DNA of 64,000 nucleotides from Eledone cirrhosa (lineage: Eukaryota), in contig OZ024766.1 in the NCBI GenBank assembly GCA_964016885.1, positions 3,844,001 through 3,908,000 of the forward strand. The letters run 5' to 3'. Positions 41,351-54,200 of the stretch are shown here, in pieces. Position 1 is the stretch's first letter, and every line of letters begins with the position of its first letter. The position numbers and the translations under genes are program-made. The notes below the pieces were generated by a model. It was not told the DNA's origin. It searched no databases and saw only the letters and a list, made by a program, of their open reading frames with translations.

Positions 41351-42801
41351 TTAACCCTTTAGCATTTAAACCAGCTGTATCTGGCCAGAATTCTCTCACC
41401 TCTTTCTGTTCAAACTGGTTGTAACTGGCTGCTCATAGTTATGTTAAAAATAATAATAATAATAATGAAATTAGTGTGTACAGTGCTCAGGTGCACTACA
41501 ACTCATCAAAGGTGCATGTATAGTACATAGAATAATGTACAAATGCCAGCAAAGCGGAGGGGGAATATTAGGTGTAGTGTTGGCGAATCTTAGGAAGCAT
41601 GGAGGTTTTAAAGGATGCAGTGTCCCAGCAGCTAACAACTGATGCAGGTGGTTTGTTCCATGCTTCAGCAACTCTGAGAAATGTGGTTTGTTCTCAAAAT
41701 AAATAACATCAAAATCTCATAGATTCAATATTATGTGAGGTAAAGCCTTTACTGTGAAAATACAACAGTATATATTGAGTAATGTAAATGTTATGTGAGG
41801 TATTATGTGAGGTAAAGCCTGTACTGTGACAATACAATAGTATATATAGAGTAATGTAAATGTTATGTGAGATATTATGTGAGGTAAAGCCTTTACTGTG
41901 AAAATACAATAGTATATATAGAGTAATGTAAATGTTATGTGAGATATTATGTGAGGTAAAGCCTTTACTGTGAAAATATAATAGTATATATAGAGTAATG
42001 TAAATGTTATGTGAGATATTATGTGAGGTAAAGCCTTTACTGTGAAAATATAATAGTATATATAGAGTAATGTAAATGTTATGTGAGATATTATGTGAGG
42101 TAAAGCCTTTACTGTGAAAATACAATAGTATATATAGAGTAATGTAAATGTTATGTGAGATATTATGTGAGGTAAAGCCTTTACTGTGAAAATACAATAG
42201 TATATATAGAGTAATGTAAATGTTATGTGAGATATTATGTGAGGTAAAGCCTTTACTGTGACAATACAATAGTATATATAGAGTAATGTAAATGTTATGT
42301 GAGATATTATGTGAGGTAAAGCCTTTACTGTGACAATACAATAGTTTATATAGAGTAATGTAAATGTTATGTGAGATATTATGTGAGGTAAAGCCTTTAC
42401 TGTGAAAATATAATAGTATATATAGAGTAATGTAAATGTTATGTGAGATATTATGTGAGGTAAAGCCTTTACTGTGAAAATACAATAGTATATATAGAGT
42501 AATGTAAATGTTATGTGAGATATTATGTGAGGTAAAGCCTTTACTGTGAAAATACAATAGTATATATAGAGTAATGTAAATGTTATGTGAGATATTATGT
42601 GAGGTAAAGCCTTTACTGTGACAATACAATAGTATATATAGAGTAATGTAAATGTTATGTGAGATATTATGTGAGGTAAAGCCTTTACTGTGAAAATACA
42701 ATAGTATATATAGAGTAAGGTAAATGTTATGTGAGATATTATGTGAATATATATATAATATATAGAATATATATAGAATAATGTAAATGCTAAAGGGTTA
42801 A
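41351..42801 (-). mobile_element. piggyBac-type MITE with 60-bp array (~17 units) and nested CR1/L2 3' end (~41450-41680)
   Basis: Perfect TIRs ttaaCCCTTTAGCATTTA / TAAATGCTAAAGGGttaa. Confidence 0.85.
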
Positions 42802-43046
42802 ACCCTTTTGCTGTCATATAAAACCCCTATATGTGTGTTTTCAAGGTCCTATCTTGAGAATAAATGTGTGAGTTGATAGAGATGTTGTTAACAACATTTG
42901 TACAATGTTGTTGTTATTGTTGTTGTTACTGTTGTTGTTGTTGCTGCTGTTGTTACTGTTGTTGTTACTGTTGTTGTTGTTGTTATTGTTGTTGTTTTTG
43001 CTGCTGTTGTTGCTGTTGCTGTCCCCCCAAAAAACAATAACCCCCC

Positions 43047-43172
43047 TCAATGCTCCCCAATCAGGGCCAGAAGAAGTTTTCTATAATCCCCGCTGGTGTC
43101 ACCTTTAATACAATCAGCCAGAGTTTCTCCATATTGTCGGTAGTATGCCTCCTTTATTTGTACCATGTCAAT
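43047..43172 (-). CDS. ANXA7-like: Annexin terminal coding exon
   Basis: Acceptor cttcttccag|ATT; encodes IDMVQIKEAYYRQYGETLADCIKGDTSGDYRKLLLALIGEH*, the canonical annexin C-terminus; TGA at 43049-43047. Not in the ORF track. Confidence 0.96.
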   Translation of the reverse strand: MDMVQIKEAYYRQYGETLADCIKGDTSGDYRKLLLALIGEH

Positions 43173-43798
43173 CTGGAAGAAGACAACACATTTCACATCA
43201 TTCCACACCTCAATCTAGTTTTATCTGGTTTAATCCAGTTTAATCCACAACATTCCACCCTTTTACCACCCCAATCCAGTTTAATCTAGCTTAATCTACA
43301 ACATTCCATCCTTTTACCACCCCAATCCAGTTTAATCTAGTTTTATCTGGTTTAATCCACATCATTCCATCCTTTTACCACCCCAATCCAGTTTAATCTA
43401 GCTTAATCTACATCATTCCATCCTTCTACCACCCCAATCCAGTTTTATCTGGTTTAATCCAGATCATTCCATCCTTTTACCACCCCAATCCAGTTTAATC
43501 CACATCATTCCATCCTTTTACCACCCCAATCCACCTAAATCCATTTTAATCTGGTTTAATCTACATCAATTCACCTAAACCCAGTCCAATCCTTATTTCT
43601 CCACCATAATCCACCTCAATCCAGTTTATTCCAGTTTAATCCCCTTTATTCCACCCTAATCTGCCTGAATCTACTTCAATCCATCTAAATCTAGTTTATT
43701 CCACTTCATTCCATTTAAATTTATTCTCATTTAAGTTTTTTTTATAAAAGTACATTGTAACCCAAGAAATAGTCTGTCTGTCTGTCTGTCTCTCTCTC

Positions 43799-43829
<31 letters not shown>

Positions 43830-43902
43830 CTCTCTCTGTCTGTCTGTCTGCCTGTCTGTCTGTCTGTCTCTCTGTCTGTCTGTCTGTCTCTCTGTCTGTC
43901 TC

Positions 43903-43975
<73 letters not shown>

Positions 43976-44024
43976 CTCTGTCTGTCTCTCTCTCTGTCTG
44001 TCTGCCCGTCTGTCTGTCTCTCTC

Positions 44025-44055
<31 letters not shown>

Positions 44056-44236
44056 GTCTGTCTCTCTCTCTATCTCTCTGTTTGTCTCTCTGTCTGTCTG
44101 TCTCTCTGTCTCTCTCTCTCTCTGTCTCTCTGTCTCTCTATCTCTCTGTCTGTCTCTCTGTCTCTCTGTCTCTCTCTCTGTCTGTCTCTCTGTCTCTCTG
44201 TCTCTCTCTCTCTCTGTCTCTCTATCTCTCTGTCTG

Positions 44237-44269
<33 letters not shown>

Positions 44270-44308
44270 ATCTCTCTGTTTGTCTCTCTGTCTCTCTGTC
44301 TCTCTCTC

Positions 44309-44339
<31 letters not shown>

Positions 44340-44394
44340 GTCTCTCTGTCTCTCTGTCTCTCTATCTCTCTGTTTGTCTCTCTGTCTCTCTCTC

Positions 44395-44471
<77 letters not shown>

Positions 44472-44488
44472 GTCTCTCTCTGTCTCTC

Positions 44489-44519
<31 letters not shown>

Positions 44520-44553
44520 GTGTCTGTCTGTCTGTCAACTATGTCACACTTAC

Positions 44554-44666
44554 CTCACATCTGCTAACTACGACACGTATCAAATTCGAATCATTAGTTC
44601 CAAGTCCTTTCGTGTATTTATATATATGGCGGGCAAAGAAGATTGGATGACCCCGGGCCATGGCAA
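44554..44666 (-). CDS. ANXA7-like: Annexin exon: first half of repeat 4
   Basis: Acceptor atttcag|TT, donor GAG|gtaagt; 113 nt, phase 1 to 0; encodes (L)AMARGHPIFFARHIYKYTKGLGTNDSNLIRVVVSRCE. Not in the ORF track. Confidence 0.95.
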
Positions 44667-44686
44667 CTGAAATTATACAGGGGTAG

Positions 44687-44724
<38 letters not shown>

Positions 44725-45673
44725 GTATATGTATCATCATCACCATCACCATCATGGAGGCACATGGCTTAGTGGTTAGAGCACTGGCCTTGCAATCGAA
44801 AGGTTGTGCGTTCAATTCTCAGACCGAGTGATGTGTTGTTTCCTTGAGCAAGACACTTTATTTCACATTGCTCCAGTTTACTCAGCTGTAGAAATGAGAT
44901 GATAGGGACTGGGGTCCCTATCATTCCACTGCAAAGTAGTTGTGGAGGTGCCACGGCAAAAAAGCACCCAGCACTCACTGTAAAGTGGTCGTGGAGGTGC
45001 CACGGCAAAAAAGCACCCAGCACTCACTGTAAAGTGGTCGTGGAGGGGCCACAGCAAAAAAGCACCCAGCACTCACTGTAAAGTGGTCGTGGAGGTGCCA
45101 CGGCAAAAAAGCACCCAGCACTCACTGTAAATGAGGTTGTGGAGGTGCCACGGCAAAAAGGCACCCAGCACTCACTGTAAAGTGGTCGTGGAGGTGCCAC
45201 GGCAAAAAAGCACCCAGCACTCACTGTAAATGAGGTTGGTGTTAGGAAGGGTATCCAGCTGTAGAAATGAGATGATAGGGACTGGGGTCCCTATCATGGT
45301 GGAGGTGCCACGGCAAAAAAGCACCCAGCACTCACTGTAAATGAGGTTGGTGTTAGGAAGGGCATCCAGCTGTAGAAATGAGATGATAGGGACTGGGGTC
45401 CCTATCATTCCACTGCAAAGTGGTCGTGGAGGTGCCACGGCAAAAAAGCACCCAGCACTCACTGTAAAGTGGTCGTGGAGGTGCCACGGCAAAAAAGCAC
45501 CCAGTACTCACTGTAAATGAGGTTGGTGTTAGGAAGGGCATCCAGCTGTAGAGATCAAGCCAGAATCAGTTCCCGTATGAGCAAGACATGGTCAGACGAC
45601 CAGACACTGCCTACAACAGGACAACCCGTCTAACCCATGCTAGCGTAGATGGACGGACATAAAATGGTGACGA

Positions 45674-45717
<44 letters not shown>

Positions 45718-46305
45718 ATACTTTGGGAGGGTCATGTTGCCAACAAAAACACTCGCACCTGTTGGTTTTCATTTCAATTTATTATAAATTTCCTGTTGGT
45801 TGGTTTGATAACCAGAAGGTTGTTTATATATTGTCAAAGCCCTTTCACCACACATTTTGTGACCTCCTCAGTGACTAGGTTTTTATTTTGTGTCTCTCCT
45901 TTGTTCTGTCCTACACCATCTTGTTTTTGTGTGTTGTGTGTTGTGTGCTTAGTTTGCGCATGCGTTACATCCGAGTGTGTGTGTTTTTATTTATTTATTT
46001 ATGTGTTTATTTACTTGTCACTAGTTGGTGTAGGACAGAATATGTTTTTTACCATGACACCAACACTACCACTTTACAGAGTGTACTGGGTGTATTTTAC
46101 CCAACACTACCACTTTACAGAGTGTACTGGGTGTATTTTATCATGACACCAACACTACCACTTTACAGAGTGTACTGGGTGTATTATATCATGACACCAG
46201 CACTACCACTTTACAGAGTGTACTGGGTGTATTTTATCATGGCACCAATCGTCCCCTTTTGCCCTGTGTGTATCTGTGATATAACAGCATAAATATAAGC
46301 CTTAC

Positions 46306-46483
46306 GGATAGCTAAGTAGGCCTCTGTCACAACTCCGCTTGTCTCTGAACGTACTGCCTGTTCCAAATCATGTCCAGTCTTCTCCTGATACAACTTCAGG
46401 ACTTGGTAAAGGTGCTGGAAACTTCTGCCACACAAGATAATGTTGAAGACCTTCTCATCTGTTCCAAGTCTACCTTCTCCTGC
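46306..46483 (-). CDS. ANXA7-like: Annexin exon: repeat 3
   Basis: Acceptor ttcctag|GCA, donor ATC C|gtaagg; 178 nt, phase 0 to 1; encodes AGEGRLGTDEKVFNIILCGRSFQHLYQVLKLYQEKTGHDLEQAVRSETSGVVTEAYLAI with the endonexin-fold G-x-G-T-D-E loop. Confidence 0.96.
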
Positions 46484-48319
46484 CTAGGAATATTCAACCA
46501 AGAAAATTAGAAAGACTAGCTGGACCCGTGAAAAAATTTCATGGATAACCCCCTCTCTCTCTATATATATAAACCCATCCCTTTCTCTATATATTAAAAC
46601 CATCCTCTCTATATATTATAACACCCCTCTCTCTATATATATTATAACCCCCTCTCTCTCTATATATATATAATAACCCATCCCTTTCTCTATATTATAT
46701 TCCCCTCTCTCTCTATATATATATATAATAATCCACCCCTTTCTCTATAGTATAACCCCCTTCTCTATATATATATTTAATCCCCTCTCTCTAAATATAT
46801 TATAAACCCCTCTCTCTATATATATTTAACCCCCTCTCTCTATATATATATATTTAACCCCCTCTCTCTCTATATATATATTTAACCCCTTCTCTCTATA
46901 TACATATTAACCCTCCTTTCTCTATATATTATAACCCCCTCTCTATATATATAACCCATCCCTTTCTCTATATATTAAAACCAACCTCTCTCTATATTAT
47001 AACCCCCTTCTCTCTACATATTATAACCCATCCCTTTCTCTAAATATATTATAACCCCCTCTCTCTAAATATATTATAACCCCTCTCCCTATATATATTT
47101 TAACCCCCTCTTTATATATATATTATAACACCCTCTCTCTCTCTCTCCTTTCCGAACGTTGAAACACTCTTTGATTTTCTTTATATATGTTATTCCATAA
47201 ATGCCTAACACATCTGCACTCTTTCTATACGTTTGCATATGTACTGCTAATGTCCTCGTTTTGTGAGTAACTTTCTTCTTTAATTCCTCTATAATTGTAG
47301 TATTATCCTTTTATAATCTGTAAATGTGGTCCACACTGTAAATGTGGTTGGTGTTAGGAAGGGCATCCAGCTGTAGAAAACCCGCCAGACAGTCCTATGC
47401 GAGCAAGACAACCACTCTTGCCTCAAGTGGGAAAACCCCCGTCCAAACCCATGCAAGCGTGGAACACGGACGTTAAACGTTGATGATGATGATGATGTCG
47501 CATCCACTGATACTGACCACATCATCTCCACTCTTTAAATATGACACTGTTAATGACAACACTAACATCTACGTATCTTTACGATTGTTCTGTGGAATAG
47601 GAGGTTAATTATATGTCTAAACTTTGCTAGTGCTCTGATGATTCCAAACGAAAGTTTGGAAGAAACGATTATTCTGTAATTTATATATATATATATACAG
47701 AAAGAGAGAAATAATTATTACTCTACTATGTGTTCCAGCCATCAGGCTAAGTCCATGCTGGGGCACCGCCACCGATGCTACACTTTCTATAATCTGGCTT
47801 CCCTGGTTGGCCATTGATATTGTAATTTTTTTTTTGTCACACACACATACACAACACACCACTGTCTCCCCTCCTGCTGTAAACCACACAACATATCCAA
47901 TACAGATGTTTTCTATTCTAACTGTCTTTCTCTTATCTGTTTACCCAGGTGATGCTGGGTACGTCAGCTAGTCTTATATAAAGAAGAGAAGAGACACAGG
48001 GGTAGTGGAAGCATTTCTGAATTATGAGGGGTGGTTGGATGGCTGCAAATTTAGTCAATTTAGTTATAGTGATCAATTTAGCTCTTTACACTCTAAAAAT
48101 GGTGAGAAAATGCAATTTTAGTCCAAGCATGTCAGATTACATTTACAGCTTTCAATAATTATAAAGTGATTATAGCAAAATGACCTATGAAATCTGTTTC
48201 TGAATACACATACTAGCAATTGGTATATAGTGATGTGTGGAGAAAAAGTTATGACATGACAAACAAATTTTACAATGAAGGTTAACATAATATATTACAC
48301 TGTTATTATCAAATATAGT

Positions 48320-48515
48320 GGAGGCACGTGGCCTAGTGGTGAGGGTGTTGGACTTACGATCATAATGTCGTGGGTTCAATTTCTGGGCTGTGTGTTGTGT
48401 TCTGTTCTTGAGCAAAACACTTCATTTCACGTTGCACCAGTATACTCAGCTGAAAATGAGTACCAGTAATAGCTGGAGGTTTAACCCTGTGATGGACTGG
48501 TGTCCTGGACAGGAC
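48320..48515 (+). mobile_element. tRNA-derived SINE (head and core); truncated copy at 44756-44895
   Basis: A box tggcctagtgg, B box ggttcaatt, core cttgagcaaaacact...ctcagctgaaaatgagtacc...gatggactggtgtcctg. Confidence 0.8.
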
Positions 48516-48519
48516 TTCC

Positions 48520-50059
48520 TACTGGACAGGACACCAGTCCATCACAGGGTTAAAGTATGTCTTAGTTTCATTGGTGTTAAGTGACTGAGAGTACAAGACT
48601 TCCCCCTGGACAGGACACCAGTCCATCACAGGGTTAAAGTATGTCTTAGTTTCATTGGTGTTAAGTGACTGAGAGTACAAGACTTCCCCCTGGACAGGAC
48701 ACCAGTCCATCACAGGGTTAAAGTCTGTCTTAGTTTCATTGGTGTTAAGTGACTGAGAGTACAAGACTTCCCCCTGGACAGGACACCAGTCCATCACAGG
48801 GTTAAAGTCTGCCTTAGTTTCATTGGTGTTAAGTGACTGAGAGTACAAGATTTGCCCCTGGACAAGACATCAGTCCATCACAGGGTTAAAGTCTGTCTTA
48901 GTTTCATTGGTGTTAAGTGACTGAGAGTACAAGACTTCCCCCTGGACAGGACACCAGTCCATCAGAGGGTTAAAGTCTGCCTTAGTTTCATTGGTGTTAA
49001 GTGACTGAAAGTACAAGATTTCCCCCCGGACAGGACACCAGTCCATCACAGGGTTAAAGTATGTCTTAGTTTCATTGGTGTTAAGTGACTGAGAGTACAA
49101 GACTTCCCCCTGGACAGGACACCAGTCCATCACAGGGTTAAAGTATGTCTTAGTTTCATTGGTGTTAAGTGACTGAGAGTACAAGACTTCCCCCTGGACA
49201 GGACACCAGTCCATCACAGGGTTAAAGTATGTCTTAGTTTCATTGGTGTTAAGTGACTGAGAGTACAAGACTTCCCCCTGGACAGGACACCAGTCCATCA
49301 CAGGGTTAAAGTCTGTCTTAGTTTCATTGGTGTTAAGTGACTGAGAGTACAAGACTTCCCCCTGGACAGGACACCAGTCCATCACAGGGTTAAAGTCTGC
49401 CTTAGTTTCATTGGTGTTAAGTGACTGAGAGTACAAGATTTGCCCCTGGACAAGACACCAGTCCATCACAGGGTTAAAGTCTGTCTTAGTTTCATTGGTG
49501 TTAAGTGACTGAGAGTACAAGACTTCCCCCTGGACAGGACACCAGTCCATCACAGGGTTAAAGTCTGCCTTAGTTTCATTGGTGTTAAGTGACTGAGAGT
49601 ACAAGATTTCCCCCTGGACAGGACACCAGTCCATCACAGGGTTAAAGTCTGTCTTAGTTTCATTGGTGTTAAGTGACTGAGAGTACAAGACTTCCCCCTG
49701 GACAGGACACCAATCCATCACAGGGTTAAAGTCTGCCTTAGTTTCATTGGTGTTAAGTGACTGAGAGTACAAGACTTCCCCCTGGACAGGACACCAGTCC
49801 ATCACAGGGTTAAAGTCTGTCTTAGTTTCATTGGTGTTAAGTGACTGAGAGTACAAGACTTCCCCCTGGACAGGACACCAGTCCATCACAGGGTTAAACC
49901 CCCAGCTATTACTGGTACTCATTTTCAGCTGAGAATACTGGAACAACGCGAAACAGAGTGTTTTTGCTCAAGAACACAACACACAACCCAGTCCAGGAAT
50001 GGAACCCACAACAACATGATTGTAAGTCCAACACCCTTACCACTAGGCCACGCACCTCC
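48520..50059 (-). mobile_element. Same tRNA SINE with 72-bp internal segment amplified ~19 times
   Basis: Head at 50059-49900; unit ctggacaggacaccagtccatcacagggttaaagtctgtcttagtttcattggtgttaagtgactgagagtacaagacttcccc. Confidence 0.85.
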
Positions 50060-50101
50060 TCTAGATATGACCAGTTTAAATGCTAAGGGGTTAATACTCA
50101 C

Positions 50102-50256
50102 TTTGTAAAGATTGTTGACATCCTGCAGGACTAGTGTTAGGTCAACCTGATCACTGCTTGTTTGGTCTCGGTTAGATTTTACTTGACATATCAGTAATTT
50201 CAGAAAATCTCCACTGCAATCTCCTGCGAGGTCTTCTTCAAGAGTTGCTCCATATT
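50102..50256 (-). CDS. ANXA7-like: Annexin (ANXA7/A11-like), internal exon: end of repeat 2 and linker
   Basis: Acceptor ttgtag|AA, donor AAA|gtgagt; 155 nt, phase 1 to 0; encodes YGATLEEDLAGDCSGDFLKLLICQVKSNRDQTSSDQVDLTLVLQDVNNLYK, matching the annexin 'LEEDxxxDxSGxFxxLL' motif. Upstream exons lie beyond the window. Exact orthology is not established. Confidence 0.93.
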
Positions 50257-51235
50257 CTACAACAGGTACCCATGTATATATACACACATATATACACACA
50301 TATATATACACACACATATATACCCACGTATATATACACACACATATATACACATATATATATACACATATACATACACACATATATATACACACATATA
50401 TACACACGTATATAAACACACACATATATATACACATATATACACACATATATACACACATATATATACACACAGATATACACACGTATATATACACACA
50501 TATATACACACATATATACACACACACATATATACATACATATATACACACACATATAAACACACACATATATACACACATATATACACATATATACACA
50601 CATATATACACACATATACACACGTATATACACACACATATATACACACACACATATATACACACATATATATACACACATATATACACACATATATATA
50701 CACACATATACACACACATATACATACACATATATATACACACATATATACACACATATATACACACATATATACACACACATATATACCCACGTATATA
50801 TACACACACATATATACACATATATATACACACACATATATATACACACATATATATATACACATATATACCCACGTATATATACACACACATATATACA
50901 CACATATATACCCACGTATATATACACACACATATATATACACATATATACACACACAGATATACACACATATATATACACACATATATACACACATATA
51001 TATACACACATATATACACACACATATATATATACACACATATATACCCATGTATATATACACACATATATATACACACATATATATACACACCACACAC
51101 ACATATCTTGGCGCTATGCAGTAACACAGAAGACCCACCTTGTAGTCACCCCTTAATCCAATATAGACCCTACACCCCCGCCACACTTCCTTCCCACACC
51201 ACTCTTACTCTGTAAAGTTACAGTGGTACCACAAA

Positions 51236-54200
51236 ACATCCAGTCCACACTGTAAAGTGGTCATGTAAGAGACACAGTAAAAAGGCTCCCAGTCCACACT
51301 GTAAAGTGGTCATGTAGGAGACACAGTAAAAAGGCTCCCAGTCCACACTGTAAAGTGGTCATGTAGGAGACACAGTAAAAAGGCTCCCAGTCCACACTGT
51401 AAAGTGGTCATGTAGGAGACACAGTAAAAAGGCTCCCAGTCCACACTGTAAAGTGGTCATGTAAGAGACACAGTAAAAAGGCTCCCAGTCCACACTGTAA
51501 AGTAGTCATGTAGGAGACACAGTAAAAAGGCTCCCAGTCCACACTGTAAAGTGGTCATGTAGGAGACACAGTAAAAAGGCTCCCAGTCCACACTGTAAAG
51601 TGGTCATGTAAGAGACACAGTAAAAAGGCTCCCAGTCCACACTGTAAAGTGGTCATGTAGGAGACACAGTAAAAAGGCTCCCAGTCCACACTGTAAGGTG
51701 GTCATGTAGGAGACACAGTAAAAAGGCTCCCAGTCCACACTGTAAAGTGGTCATGTAGGAGACACAGTAAAAAGGCTCCCAGTCCACACTGTAAGGTGGT
51801 CATGTAGGAGACACAGTAAAAAGGCTCCCAGTCCACACTGTAAAGTGGTCATGTAGGAGACACAGTAAAAAGGCTCCCAGTCCACACTGTAAGGTGGTCA
51901 TGTAGGAGACACAGTAAAAAGGCTCCCAGTCCACACTGTAAAGTGGTCATGTAGGAGACACAGTAAAAAGGCTCCCAGTCCACACTGTAAAGTGGTCATG
52001 TAGGAGACACAGTAAAAAGGTTCCCAGTCCACACTGTAAAGTGGTCATGTAGGAGACACAGTAAAAAGGCTCCCAGTCCACACTGTAAAGTGGTCATGTA
52101 GGAGACACAGTAAAAAGGTTCCCAGTCCACACTGTAAAGTGGTCATGTAGGAGACACAGTAAAAAGCTCCCAGTCCACACTGTAAAGTAGTAATGTAGGA
52201 GACACAGAAAAAAGGCTCCCAGTCCACACTGTAAAGTAGTCATGTAGGAGACACAGTAAAAAGGCTCCCAGTCCACACTGTAAAGTGGTCGTGTAGGAGA
52301 CACAGAAAAAAGGCTCCCAGTCCACACTGTAAAGTAGTCATGTAGGAGACACAGTAAAAAGGCTCCCAGTCCACACTGTAAAGTGGTCGTGTAGGAGACA
52401 CAGAAAAAAGGCTCCCAGTCCACACTGTAAAGTGGTCATGTAAGAGACACAGTAAAAAGGCTCCCAGTCCACACTGTAAAGTGGTCATGTAGGAGACACA
52501 GTAAAAAGGCTCCCAGTCCACACTGTAAAGTGGTCATGTAGGAGACACAGTAAAAAGGCTCCCAGTCCACACTGTAAAGTGGTCATGTAGGAGACACAGT
52601 AAAAAGGCTCCCAGTCCACACTGTAAAGTGGTCATGTAAGAGACATAGTAAAAAGGCTCCCAGTCCACACTGTAAAGTGGTCATGGAGGTAAAGCAGTAA
52701 AAAGGCTCCCAGTCCACACTGTAAGGTGGTCATGTAGGAGACACAATAAAAAGGCTCCCAGTCCATACTGTAAGGTGGTCATGTAGGAGACACAGTAAAA
52801 AGGCTCCCAGTCCATACTGTAAGGTGGTCATGTAGGAGACACAGTAAAAAGGCTCCCAGTCCACACTGTAAGGTGGTCATGTAGGAGACACAGTAAAAAG
52901 GCTCCCAGTCCATACTGTAAGGTGGTCATGTAGGAGACACAGTAAAAAGGCTCCCAGTCCACACTGTAAAGTGGTCATGTAAGAGACACAGTAAAAAGGC
53001 TCCCAGTCCACACTGTAAAGTGGTCATGTAGGAGACACAGTAAAAAGGCTCCCAGTCCACACTGTAAAGTGGTCATGTAGGAGACACAGTAAAAAGGCTC
53101 CCAGTCCACACTGTAAAGTGGTCATGTAAGAGACACAGTAAAAAGGCTCCCAGTCCACACTGTAAAGTAGTCATGTAGGAGACACAGTAAAAAGGCTCCC
53201 AGTCCACACTGTAAAGTGGTCATGTAGGAGACACAGTAAAAAGGCTCCCAGTCCACACTGTAAAGTGGTCATGTAAGAGACACAGTAAAAAGGCTCCCAG
53301 TCCACACTGTAAAGTGGTCATGTAGGAGACACAGTAAAAAGGCTCCCAGTCCACACTGTAAGGTGGTCATGTAGGAGACACAGTAAAAAGGCTCCCAGTC
53401 CACACTGTAAAGTGGTCATGTAGGAGACACAGTAAAAAGGCTCCCAGTCCACACTGTAAGGTGGTCATGTAGGAGACACAGTAAAAAGGCTCCCAGTCCA
53501 CACTGTAAAGTGGTCATGTAGGAGACACAGTAAAAAGGCTCCCAGTCCACACTGTAAGGTGGTCATGTAGGAGACACAGTAAAAAGGCTCCCAGTCCACA
53601 CTGTAAAGTGGTCATGTAGGAGACACAGTAAAAAGGCTCCCAGTCCACACTGTAAAGTGGTCATGTAGGAGACACAGTAAAAAGGTTCCCAGTCCACACT
53701 GTAAAGTGGTCATGTAGGAGACACAGTAAAAAGGCTCCCAGTCCACACTGTAAAGTGGTCATGTAGGAGACACAGTAAAAAGGTTCCCAGTCCACACTGT
53801 AAAGTGGTCATGTAGGAGACACAGTAAAAAGCTCCCAGTCCACACTGTAAAGTAGTAATGTAGGAGACACAGAAAAAAGGCTCCCAGTCCACACTGTAAA
53901 GTAGTCATGTAGGAGACACAGTAAAAAGGCTCCCAGTCCACACTGTAAAGTGGTCGTGTAGGAGACACAGAAAAAAGGCTCCCAGTCCACACTGTAAAGT
54001 AGTCATGTAGGAGACACAGTAAAAAGGCTCCCAGTCCACACTGTAAAGTGGTCGTGTAGGAGACACAGAAAAAAGGCTCCCAGTCCACACTGTAAAGTGG
54101 TCATGTAAGAGACACAGTAAAAAGGCTCCCAGTCCACACTGTAAAGTGGTCATGTAGGAGACACAGTAAAAAGGCTCCCAGTCCACACTGTAAAGTGGTC

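Noticed and set aside
44756-44830. tRNA gene candidates (also ~24375-24445, ~48320-48390, ~49990-50059)
   Set aside because: A and B boxes are present, but each continues into a shared SINE body and I could not form a clean cloverleaf.
48870-49946. 358-aa repeat ORF
   Set aside because: 72-bp SINE-derived array within an annexin intron.
49925-51127. 400-aa ORF taken as a full gene
   Set aside because: Only 50102-50256 is annexin exon; the rest is microsatellite and SINE read-through.
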